This document shows, one piece after another, positions 44,936-53,029 of a stretch of 64,000 nucleotides of DNA. The notes beneath the pieces are model-generated. The model saw only the letters and a list, made by a program, of their open reading frames with translations, was not told where the DNA came from and ran no database searches. Source of the stretch: an uncultured bacterium. Lineage in GTDB: Bacteria; Patescibacteriota; Saccharimonadia; UBA4664. The DNA is taken from NCBI GenBank assembly GCA_963720265.1, contig CAVRET010000001.1, positions 261,916 to 325,915 of the forward strand. Reading direction: 5' to 3'. Position 1 is the stretch's first letter. Every line of letters starts with the position of its first letter. Position numbers and translations under genes: made by a program.

Positions 44936-45964
44936 CTAGACGCGCTGCAATCCTCTTTTGATCTGGCGGGGCGAGCGCAAGATGAAGCTGCGGGCGAGCA
45001 AAAGGTCTTTAGTACGGACAAAATGTTCGTTTTCGGGCAAAGATTCGTACGGATTGTGGCGCAGGAATTTATAGAGGTCGTACATGAGAAAGAGATCAAC
45101 GAGCTCTTCGAGTAGATTGAGGCTGCGCGTGCCGGTGTGCAGGACCGGTTGCTGGAATTTGGCGGCGCCACGCTTATTGTAGCCGGACTGCAGGAAATAT
45201 TTGCGGACGTGGTGCTCGGTTTTGTACTTTGAGTCGACAAGCAGGAAGGCGAGCGTGCGGGCGACATCGAAAACCGGGTGTCCGAAAGCGGTTTTTTCGA
45301 AATCGAGGATGCCTGAGACCTCGGGGCCGGCCGGGGTATCTTGGAAGAGAATATTGCCGCGGACGAAATCCATATGCAGCGGCTGCCGGTGCGGGAGCTG
45401 CTCTGTAATCTCAAGCACGCGCCGGAGCCTGTCGAGACGCCTGAGTGGTAACTCTATTCCGAGCTTGCTGTGAGCGGCAGATTGCACGGCGGCTTGCGCG
45501 AAGTAGCTCCGCATACGCGTTAGAATGGCCTGTAACTCAGCAGCGGCAAGTGGCAAGTTGTTTCGCGGCATGGCAACGAGTGCGGCGTGCATTTGGCTCA
45601 TGGTGGCACCGAGGAGCATGAGGTGGTGACGGGTGTAGGCCTCCCAGGGGATGGTGAAGCCGGGTAGGTAGTTGTAGAGCGCTGCATATTTTATGCGGGT
45701 GGGTATTCTGAGTACCACGATATGCGTATCAGCAGGATGCCGGACCGGCAGGCTGCTAGCTGCGAGGTAGCTTGAGACCGCATTGGCGCTGCGGATGCGG
45801 CTTAGAATGTCGGCGTCCGACTTGTAGAGGATGAGATTCACCATGCGGCCGTCGGTTAGATGCGCTGGGTATGAGTGGTTACGGTAGCCTGTCTGGCACG
45901 CGAGATACCCGGCTGGTTTGGCGCCGTAGAAATTCAAGATTTGCGTCAACATATTTTCCGTCAC
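44936..45964 (-). CDS. APH/choline-kinase-family phosphotransferase (possible sugar-1-kinase)
   Basis: HMDFVRGNILF (Brenner motif H.D....N), ILDFEKTAFGHPVFD. Confidence 0.6.
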   Translation of the reverse strand: MTENMLTQILNFYGAKPAGYLACQTGYRNHSYPAHLTDGRMVNLILYKSDADILSRIRSANAVSSYLAASSLPVRHPADTHIVVLRIPTRIKYAALYNYLPGFTIPWEAYTRHHLMLLGATMSQMHAALVAMPRNNLPLAAAELQAILTRMRSYFAQAAVQSAAHSKLGIELPLRRLDRLRRVLEITEQLPHRQPLHMDFVRGNILFQDTPAGPEVSGILDFEKTAFGHPVFDVARTLAFLLVDSKYKTEHHVRKYFLQSGYNKRGAAKFQQPVLHTGTRSLNLLEELVDLFLMYDLYKFLRHNPYESLPENEHFVRTKDLLLARSFILRSPRQIKRGLQRV

Positions 45965-46072
45965 GTCCAGAAGTATATCAGCAAACCATTCTCTTTACGG
46001 ATGATGAGATTTGTTTTAATATATTGTTGCCTTTTGTAAATCGTATTTCTACGAGAACCGGGAGGGAGCACC

Positions 46073-46504
46073 ATGTCGGGCTTGCCGTCTGGCGAAGATG
46101 CGGAGACAGACGCACCGGATTTGGATGCGCTGCAGAGGTTTGATGCGGTATACGAAGCCGCAAAGGCTGTTACCGGCAGGGAAATACCAAGGGTGGGCCA
46201 GTCAAGGATGCGCCCACAAGAGCGGGCGCTTGTGCTCATGGTGCGCGCATTGGCAGTTGCCGTTGCCGTGGGTGAAGTTGGCGACCGTGCGACGCACAGC
46301 AAACAAATTCTCTTTGAGCCGGCCGCAATCACCGGCATTCCAATCCAGACGCTGTATAATGCCGTGTCTGAGATGGAACGGCTTCTCGTTGGTCGGCCGG
46401 CCGAGCGGCAGGTGATTCTGGACGTCCTCGCTTGCTTGGATGACCAGCATATCAAGGTGGTTCTACCCGAGGCCTGGCGGGCGGCGATCGATTTCGCCTG
46501 GTAG
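46073..46504 (+). CDS. Hypothetical protein
   Basis: GGGAGGGA RBS 6 nt upstream of ATG; 143 aa. Confidence 0.4.
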   Translation: MSGLPSGEDAETDAPDLDALQRFDAVYEAAKAVTGREIPRVGQSRMRPQERALVLMVRALAVAVAVGEVGDRATHSKQILFEPAAITGIPIQTLYNAVSEMERLLVGRPAERQVILDVLACLDDQHIKVVLPEAWRAAIDFAW

Positions 46505-46602
46505 CTCCGGATGCGACGGAAACATGGGCGCGGGGAGAATGGTGACTCCTCGGCCCTGAGCGACCCGGTAACGGATCGCTCTTCTTGTTTTTATGCAGTT
46601 CG

Positions 46603-46875
46603 TCAGGCCGTGCCGAAGCGCTGGGCTGCCCTAGCCTTAGCTTTGGCGGTTTCGACGTCGCGATCGCGGGGTTCGGCCGCGGTGACTAGCGAGCCAAGCA
46701 GGCGGCGTGCTACGGCTGCCGTGTCGTTCACGGCCTGCTCAAATGCGGCGGTATTGGCGGCCGAGGGCTTGGTGAAGCCGGACAGTTTGCGCACAAATTG
46801 CGTGGCTGCCGCGCGGATTTCGTCGTCCGTGGCTGGCGGGTCAAAGTTGTATAACACTTTAATGCTACGGCACAT
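46603..46875 (-). CDS. DUF2277-family protein
   Basis: MCRSIKVLYNFDPPATDDEIRAAATQFVRKLSG matches the DUF2277 N-terminal consensus. Confidence 0.5.
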   Translation of the reverse strand: MCRSIKVLYNFDPPATDDEIRAAATQFVRKLSGFTKPSAANTAAFEQAVNDTAAVARRLLGSLVTAAEPRDRDVETAKAKARAAQRFGTA

Positions 46876-46896
46876 AGTCCCTCCGTGCGGGCGGTG

Positions 46897-47997
46897 TTAT
46901 TTCTTGCTGGTGGCAATGGCCGAGATGGTGGCCGGAGCGTCAAGCTTAATACCGGGCCCCATCGAGGTGGTGACAGCCAGGCCGCGTACGTACGTGCCCT
47001 TGGCGGCCGAGGGCTTGGCTTGCAAAATAGCTTTGAGCAGCGTTGTGGCGTTGTCTTCGAGGTTTGCAGCGCTAAAGCTGGCCTTGCCAATGGCTTGGTG
47101 CACGATGGCCTGCTTGTCGATGCGGAACTCAACCTTACCGGCCTTGGCGGCTTTTACGGCTTCGGCCACATTGGGTGTAACCGTTCCGGACTTGGGGTTG
47201 GGCATGAGGCCGCGCGGGCCTAAGATCTTGGCAACTTTGCCGAGTGCGGCCATGCCGGCCGGCGGGGCAACGAGCAAGTCGAAATCGAGCTTGCCGGCCT
47301 CGATGTCGGCCAGCAGATCGATAGTACCGACACGGTCCGCGCCGGCGTCTTTCGCGGCTTTTGCCGCATCACCGTCGGCGTAAACTGCTACGCGCACGGT
47401 TTTGCCCGTGCCATGAGGTAGAGTCACGCTGGCGCGCACCATTTGATCGGCCTGGCGCGGGTCAACACCGAGATTAATGTGTAGCTCGACCGAGCTATCA
47501 AACTTGGTGACCGAGGTTTGTTTGGCAAGCTCCAGCGCTTCCGTGAGGGCATAGGCCTTGTCTATATCAATCAATTCAGCGGCTTTGCGGTACTTTTTGC
47601 CGTGCTGATGGAGCGGATTGGGCATTTGGCGCTTGGGCGCTTTAGGCTCGGCGGCTGCGGCCGCTTCGGCCTCGGCGTGATGCTCCTTGGCTTCCTGTCG
47701 CGCTTCCTCGGCTTCGGCTTCGCGCACGGCTTTGGCGCTACGCCTGCCGGCTTTGGCTATGTCTCTCTCGACCGGCTTTGGGGCCTTGGTGTCTTCGATT
47801 GGTGTGTCGTCTTCGGCCTCGGCCGATTTAATTTCCTTGACCTCTTTGGAGCCGGGTTTGTCGAGTTTCTGATCTTCGGCTGAGGCTACGGTATCGGCAG
47901 TAAGCTCAATTTCTGGCTCGGTCTCTTGGACCTCGGCAATCTCGGCCTGCATTTCCTCTTCAGCCTTAATGTCTTCGGTTTTCTTGGTCTGTGCCAT
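46897..47997 (-). CDS. rplA: 50S ribosomal protein L1 with 124-aa Lys/Glu/Ala-rich N-terminal extension
   Basis: Canonical L1 begins at MPNPLHQHGKKYRKAAE (47625). The in-frame upstream 124 codons start 2 nt after the rplK stop, with a GGAGGA RBS. Confidence 0.8.
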   Translation of the reverse strand: MAQTKKTEDIKAEEEMQAEIAEVQETEPEIELTADTVASAEDQKLDKPGSKEVKEIKSAEAEDDTPIEDTKAPKPVERDIAKAGRRSAKAVREAEAEEARQEAKEHHAEAEAAAAAEPKAPKRQMPNPLHQHGKKYRKAAELIDIDKAYALTEALELAKQTSVTKFDSSVELHINLGVDPRQADQMVRASVTLPHGTGKTVRVAVYADGDAAKAAKDAGADRVGTIDLLADIEAGKLDFDLLVAPPAGMAALGKVAKILGPRGLMPNPKSGTVTPNVAEAVKAAKAGKVEFRIDKQAIVHQAIGKASFSAANLEDNATTLLKAILQAKPSAAKGTYVRGLAVTTSMGPGIKLDAPATISAIATSKK

Positions 47998-47999
47998 GA

Positions 48000-48434
48000 T
48001 TAGTCCTCCACCTCAATGCCCATACTGCGGGCTTGGCCGGCAATGATCTTTTGTGCAGCTTCGGGGTCGTGGGCGTTCATGTCGCTTTGCTTCTTCTCGG
48101 CCAGATCGGCAACTTGCGCGTGGGTGAGCTTACCGACCTTGGTCTTGTTGGGCACACCCGAGCCTTTATCTACGCCGGCGGCTTTGCGGATTAGATTGGC
48201 GGTCGTTTCGCCCTTGTAGGTGAAACTAAAGGTGCGGTCTTCGAAAATTCTGACGCGCACACTCAAAAGCTGGTCACCGAGCTCGCGGGTCTGCTCGTTG
48301 AAGGTGTTAATGAAGTCCATCATGTTGACGCCGTGGGCGCCGAGTGTGGACCCGACTGGCGGCGCTGGGGTGGCTTTGCCGGCCGGCACACGGAATTTGA
48401 TATTGGCCCTTACAGGCTTGGCAACTTGGGCCAT
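48000..48434 (-). CDS. rplK: 50S ribosomal protein L11
   Basis: PAGKATPAPPVGSTLG...GVNMMDF, 144 aa. Confidence 0.9.
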   Translation of the reverse strand: MAQVAKPVRANIKFRVPAGKATPAPPVGSTLGAHGVNMMDFINTFNEQTRELGDQLLSVRVRIFEDRTFSFTYKGETTANLIRKAAGVDKGSGVPNKTKVGKLTHAQVADLAEKKQSDMNAHDPEAAQKIIAGQARSMGIEVED

Positions 48435-48588
48435 AGAGTTCTCCTAGTGGTCAAATGGCCGTTGTGTGGCCTCCCACGATTACGTTAGCTTTGTAATAGT
48501 AACAGATTGAGTGTTGTTTGGGAAGGGTTTGTGGTTCGTTTGTTATACTAGCTCGTACCCGCAAAAATCACGCTTCGGATTGAGGACG

Positions 48589-48966
48589 ATGCGAATGAGA
48601 GCATGCCAACGCGGCTCGGCGCGACCGGGTCAGACTGTGGATGACGGCGTACGCGGTATTGCGTATACCATCATGGGCGACCCGATTGTGCCCGGGCTCC
48701 AGATAACGCGGCTGGAATTTGGTCCGGGCGCGGAGCTTCCGCTCAGGAAGCTTGAACTGGCGGGTGAAGAGACCCTTCTCGTCGGACTTACCGGCTTGAT
48801 GGTAGTGACCGAGGCGGACGAGGAGTCTCCACTGGGCCCAGGCGATGTCATCGTGCTTGACCGTCACACCATCTGGGGCATCAGGAACGCGGGCGATGAC
48901 CCGGCTGCAGTACTTGTCCAGCAGCCGGCGGAGAGTTTGCCGGTGGCGCGGCCCATGCCAATGTGA
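48589..48966 (+). CDS. Cupin-like hypothetical protein, GC-rich
   Basis: GDVIVLDRHTIWGIRNAGDDPAAVLV is a cupin motif-2-like strand; internal start MRMRA chosen. Confidence 0.3.
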   Translation: MRMRACQRGSARPGQTVDDGVRGIAYTIMGDPIVPGLQITRLEFGPGAELPLRKLELAGEETLLVGLTGLMVVTEADEESPLGPGDVIVLDRHTIWGIRNAGDDPAAVLVQQPAESLPVARPMPM

Positions 48967-49167
48967 GCCTCGGTGTGTGCTTTAGCCGGAGGCACCCCTG
49001 ATCGCGGGGTGCCTCCGGCTGGCAAAAAATACTTATCACGGTCATGTGAAACTTACATTTATGGCTGTTATAGAGATTATTGGTCTTTTGTGAAGCCTTT
49101 TCGCACTGGAATCAGCGTGCGCGTTGTGGGGACTGTTGAAATTTTGCTACGATTAAGCCAATAAGCC

Positions 49168-50007
49168 ATGAATGCAAAATCATTAGGCTACAAACTTCTG
49201 TCATTCAACGCGGTACTCAGTTGGGCCGTTGTGATACTTGGATTGGTTGGATTGGGCTTGGCATCGTTTGCTGTTGTCGGGCTCGTCGGCATACCGTCGG
49301 TTCAAAAATGGCTGCTACCTTTTCTCGCTTATCTTGCCATCTCGTTTTTGCTTTTAGTCGACGGTGTTATTCTGAAGCGCGTTCGTTCGGCTCCATCGGC
49401 TGCTTTTACCTATTTTGCAGGCACCCGGTTTGTTTTAGCTTTGGTTATTGCCGCATATGGATATCTGCAAGCCGGAAATTTCAATAGTGCCTACCTGTTT
49501 CCGGTCCTGGTAGTTGCGTGGGCCTTGTTTGTTTTGGCGACCGCCTACTCTTTGTTCAAAGACAACCGTGTGGTACTCAAACTAGCTATGGTTTTGCTTG
49601 CCTGTGTTTGTGCTATCGCAGTAAGTGGATATGTGGTTGCGGTCATATCGGGATATGTCGGCGCTGCTTCCGGTAAGCGTACGGATGCCCAGACTTCGTA
49701 CGATTTTCAACTCTTACGCCAAGATATCCAATCCGATGCTTTACAGAACAATGGTATGTTGCCGGCCGCGGACAGCCTAAAATCCATCGCACAGGCCGGT
49801 TTTTATAGCCAGTCCGCGCATGTCGCGCTGAGGGTAGCCAAATATACGTACATACCGCTGCAAAATCAGGGCAAGTTCGAGCTGTGCGCTACCTTTTACA
49901 CGGATACCATGGGGAACTATCAACCTCAGTTGTCCGGCGGCCTGTCCGATGATGAAAGCTTTCATCACGCCGGCTACCAGTGCATTATCTATCTCGCCAA
50001 TAGTTAG
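49168..50007 (+). CDS. Hypothetical membrane protein (5-6 TM)
   Basis: 279 aa, N-terminal TM bundle, C-terminal soluble region with two Cys. Confidence 0.45.
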   Translation: MNAKSLGYKLLSFNAVLSWAVVILGLVGLGLASFAVVGLVGIPSVQKWLLPFLAYLAISFLLLVDGVILKRVRSAPSAAFTYFAGTRFVLALVIAAYGYLQAGNFNSAYLFPVLVVAWALFVLATAYSLFKDNRVVLKLAMVLLACVCAIAVSGYVVAVISGYVGAASGKRTDAQTSYDFQLLRQDIQSDALQNNGMLPAADSLKSIAQAGFYSQSAHVALRVAKYTYIPLQNQGKFELCATFYTDTMGNYQPQLSGGLSDDESFHHAGYQCIIYLANS

Positions 50008-50018
50008 GTGCTCGGCAG

Positions 50019-50525
50019 ATGCTGTTGAGCTTTATGGCCAGAATCGAAATTGTTGGGGCAAATCCTTATGTGTCCGTGTCGGTTGAGCAGGCGGAGAGGC
50101 TGAAGGCCGATTGGCGCAAACCAATGCCGGTACTGGTGCAGGTGAATGGTGAACCTAAGCCGCCGTGGAGGATAAACATGATGCCGCGCGGGGATGCGAG
50201 TTTTTATTTGTATCTGGCGGGGATGGTGCGCAAGGCTTCTGGGACGAAGGTTGGCGATACGGTGCAGGTTGAAGTGGAATTTGATGAAGATTATCGTGGC
50301 GGCCCGACAGACATGCCGGAGTGGTTTGCGGAAGCGCTTGAATCCGACGATGTGGCTATGACCTCGTGGCTGGCGCTATCGCCCAGTAGGCAAAAAGAGG
50401 TCGCGCGATACTTGGCCAATTTGAAGTCGGACGAGGCGAGGGCGCGTAATTTGGCCAAAGCAATGGAGATGCTTGGCGGCAAAGCCGGCCGGTTTATTGC
50501 TCGCGATTGGAAAGACGGGAAGTAG
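50019..50525 (+). CDS. DUF1905 + YdeI/OmpD-associated domain protein
   Basis: C-terminal WLALSPSRQKEVARYLANLKSDEARARNL matches the YdeI/OmpD-associated family consensus. Confidence 0.55.
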   Translation: MLLSFMARIEIVGANPYVSVSVEQAERLKADWRKPMPVLVQVNGEPKPPWRINMMPRGDASFYLYLAGMVRKASGTKVGDTVQVEVEFDEDYRGGPTDMPEWFAEALESDDVAMTSWLALSPSRQKEVARYLANLKSDEARARNLAKAMEMLGGKAGRFIARDWKDGK

Positions 50526-50535
50526 GCTGTGAGCG

Positions 50536-51138
50536 TTACCGCTCGAAAACCTCGTACTCGCCTTCTTTTAAGGCGTAAATCGGCAGCGAGGTATCATCAT
50601 ACTTTTCCAGCTTGTCGTGCGCCTGCTGCCAATTAACCGGTCCACGGGGGTCGGCATCGCCGAAGTTAGCCAGGTAATGTGGTATGAACTTGATTGGCAG
50701 AATTCCAAGACCGTCAAGGCATTTGCGCCAGTCGGATGACCAGAACTGCGCTGCCAGCACGTCGGAGCTGGCCGAGCCGGTGGCGACGACTTTGCCCTCG
50801 AAGAGCTTTGTCAGGTCAAATTGGCTCATCCAATACTTGAGCAAGACATCGTCACCGCTATTGAAGTAAATAACATCGGCGGCTGCGCACTGATCTTCAA
50901 GATTGTCAGGCACTGCAAGTTCAAAGCTTGGAGAAACACCGTTTGGCATGTCTTCAGCGATTGTGCCCGCATAACCCTTGAACCTAATATTCCAATATTC
51001 CCGCCCTTCCGCAAAGCTGCAGATGACGAACTTCGGATGACTACCCAGGTCTTTTACGAGCTCCCGGTGAAATTTTCGCTTGAGCTCGTGTAGTGGGTGG
51101 CTCTGCCGGAATCCGGAATTTAGCACATATTTCGTCAT
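50536..51138 (-). CDS. Peptidase S51-like protein (paralog of 15613..16248)
   Basis: Shares length and C-terminus with the other copy (LKEGEYEVFER vs LKEGEFRVFE) and has ATGSASS at the elbow position. Confidence 0.5.
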   Translation of the reverse strand: MTKYVLNSGFRQSHPLHELKRKFHRELVKDLGSHPKFVICSFAEGREYWNIRFKGYAGTIAEDMPNGVSPSFELAVPDNLEDQCAAADVIYFNSGDDVLLKYWMSQFDLTKLFEGKVVATGSASSDVLAAQFWSSDWRKCLDGLGILPIKFIPHYLANFGDADPRGPVNWQQAHDKLEKYDDTSLPIYALKEGEYEVFER

Positions 51139-51168
51139 GGCCGGAATTATGCCGTTGCTAAGGAATAG

Positions 51169-51726
51169 CTAAATCTTCTTAACCTGGAGCGAGTCGAGCT
51201 CGACTGGGGTTTCTCGGCCGAACATGTTGACGAGGACCTTGATTTTACCCTTGTTTTCGTCGATTTCGTTGACCATGCCGTCGAAGCCTTTGAACGGACC
51301 GTCGGTGATGTTGACTGCCTCGCCGACCGAGAAGTCGATGTTGAATTTGGGCTCTTCAACGCCCATGCGCTTTTGGATATGTTTAACTTCATCCTCGGAG
51401 ATCGGGGTGGGCGTGGTGCCGGAGCCCACAAAGCCGGTGACGTTGGGCGTATTGCGCACGACATACCAGGAATCTTCAGTGACGTCCATTTGCACGAGCA
51501 CGTAGCCGGGGAAAATACGGCGTTCCACGATGCGGCGGCGGCCGTTTTTGATCTCGATTTGATTCTCTTTGGGCACGATGACATCAAAAATTTTGTCAGC
51601 CATGTGCATGGTTTCGATGCGTTGGCGCAGGTTTTCTGCCACGCGGTCCTCGTAGCCGGAGTAAGTGTGAATGACGTACCAATGTTTGATGGCGGAATGA
51701 GCCATGGGTTGTAAATTACGCTCCAA
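51169..51726 (-). CDS. nusG: Transcription termination/antitermination factor NusG
   Basis: KHWYVIHTYSGYEDRV NGN domain, C-terminal KOW (GEAVNITDGPFKGFDGMV). Real start may be the Met 7 codons in. Confidence 0.9.
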   Translation of the reverse strand: MERNLQPMAHSAIKHWYVIHTYSGYEDRVAENLRQRIETMHMADKIFDVIVPKENQIEIKNGRRRIVERRIFPGYVLVQMDVTEDSWYVVRNTPNVTGFVGSGTTPTPISEDEVKHIQKRMGVEEPKFNIDFSVGEAVNITDGPFKGFDGMVNEIDENKGKIKVLVNMFGRETPVELDSLQVKKI

Positions 51727-51901
51727 TTAATTTTTGCACGATCGACTGGAACACGTAGTCGAGCGCACCTAAGAATATTGCGAGTACGGTCGAGAAAACG
51801 ATCACGAGAAAGGTCAGCCGGATCGTCTGCTGGCGATTGGGCCAGGTGACTTTGGCGAGCTCGGCGCGGGAGGCGGCGAGGTAGTCCATGAGCGGTTTCA
51901 T
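51716..51901 (-). CDS. secE: Preprotein translocase subunit SecE
   Basis: 61 aa, single C-terminal TM; AAGGAG 6 nt upstream of the chosen ATG. Confidence 0.75.
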   Translation of the reverse strand: MKPLMDYLAASRAELAKVTWPNRQQTIRLTFLVIVFSTVLAIFLGALDYVFQSIVQKLIGA

Positions 51902-51936
51902 CGAGCGGCTCCTTGGCTTGACCGGGTTAGAGGTCA

Positions 51937-51964
51937 AAATTAAAAAACCTTGCGGCTTTGTCAA
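51937..51964 (-). promoter_or_regulatory. Candidate secE-nusG promoter (TTGACA-16-TAATTT on minus strand)
   Basis: Read directly. Confidence 0.25.
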
Positions 51965-52027
51965 TAGTTTGCCTGATTTGAGCATAAAAGTCAACGAGTT
52001 TATGGTATACTCCTGAAGCCTAACCGA

Positions 52028-52957
52028 ATGTTTCCGCGGTCTTGCGGACGATCATGGAAAGGAGTGATGAGATTGCGGGCAATGCAAGCTGCGATCTCCC
52101 CCGATGCTCCGCTTGGAGCGTTGGGGCCGCAAAATCTGACAAGCACTTCCGGCAACTACGAACGCCTGGCGGAGCGGTGGAGCGATCCCGGGGCGACTCC
52201 GGCTCAGCTGGCTGGCCTTCTCGATGAGGCTTGTGCCCTTCCTATCCGGCTCGCCGCCCAACATTTCTGGACTCCTGGGCTTGCTTCGTGCATGCTGTTT
52301 GTCATTAAAGTGGCAATGTGCACAGGGCTGCCGCCAAACAGCTCCCAGCCGCTGGGGCCGGACGGCGGCATTATCACCTGGACCGAGACCCATCGGAGGC
52401 TCGCGCGGACCGCACTCGAGCATTTGTGCGAGCGCGTGTTCCGTGTCACAGAGCGCGACGGCGAACTGTTTGCGTGCCTCGTGGCCGATATCAAGATTGT
52501 CGAGGCGCTCATCCAGGTGTTCCGGGTGGTCCGCAATGAGGACAGCGGGCATATCTTCTTCCCTGGTTTGCTCGACATCGAGGACGATGAGCGAAGGCGT
52601 GCGGCACACACCTTCGCGATCGCACTGGCTCAGCATAGCCTCGGGTATTCCCTTCGAGACGGACGCAAGGACGGAATACTTCTGGCCCAGTACCAGTCGC
52701 ACCAGCGGGATTTCCTCGACATGCTCTGGGCAACCAATGCATTGACCTGGTTGCTTAAAGAGCAGCGCTACCGGCTGCTCACACCCGGGGGCTGGGAGTG
52801 GCTGCGTGAGCTCGCCTGTCTGCCGGGACCCGGCCAGACCGAACCCGTCGATGAGCCGAAAATGGCCGAGCTCCTCGGACGTTCAGGGGCCATCCTGTAC
52901 TGCGCGCTGGATCGTCAGCGAACAACAGCTATCGCTCTGGGCGCCCGGCCGGACTGA
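52028..52957 (+). CDS. Hypothetical protein, about 66% GC
   Basis: 309-aa ORF (start may be 52067); several antisense ORFs overlap it, as expected for high GC. Confidence 0.35.
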   Translation: MFPRSCGRSWKGVMRLRAMQAAISPDAPLGALGPQNLTSTSGNYERLAERWSDPGATPAQLAGLLDEACALPIRLAAQHFWTPGLASCMLFVIKVAMCTGLPPNSSQPLGPDGGIITWTETHRRLARTALEHLCERVFRVTERDGELFACLVADIKIVEALIQVFRVVRNEDSGHIFFPGLLDIEDDERRRAAHTFAIALAQHSLGYSLRDGRKDGILLAQYQSHQRDFLDMLWATNALTWLLKEQRYRLLTPGGWEWLRELACLPGPGQTEPVDEPKMAELLGRSGAILYCALDRQRTTAIALGARPD

Positions 52958-52983
52958 GCCGGACGAGTCCGTGCGGTTATGCG

Positions 52984-53016
52984 CTAGGGTGACAGCCGTG
53001 GTGGCTGTCACCCTAG
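52984..53016. terminator. Perfect 14-bp hairpin (ctagggtgacagcc-gtggt-ggctgtcaccctag) between convergent genes
   Basis: Read directly. Confidence 0.45.
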
Positions 53017-53029
53017 CGGGGATAATGCA

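Noticed and set aside
46897-47625. Calling rplA from the canonical Met125 only
   Set aside because: Kept the long form as primary because the upstream ATG sits exactly where the rplK-rplA junction normally places the L1 start, with a proper RBS. The short form remains possible and is flagged in findings.
52052-52745. Several minus- and plus-frame ORFs (52052..52702, 52204..52611, 52224..52745, 52318..52539)
   Set aside because: All lie within the 66% GC ORF 52028..52957; high GC suppresses stop codons in every frame.
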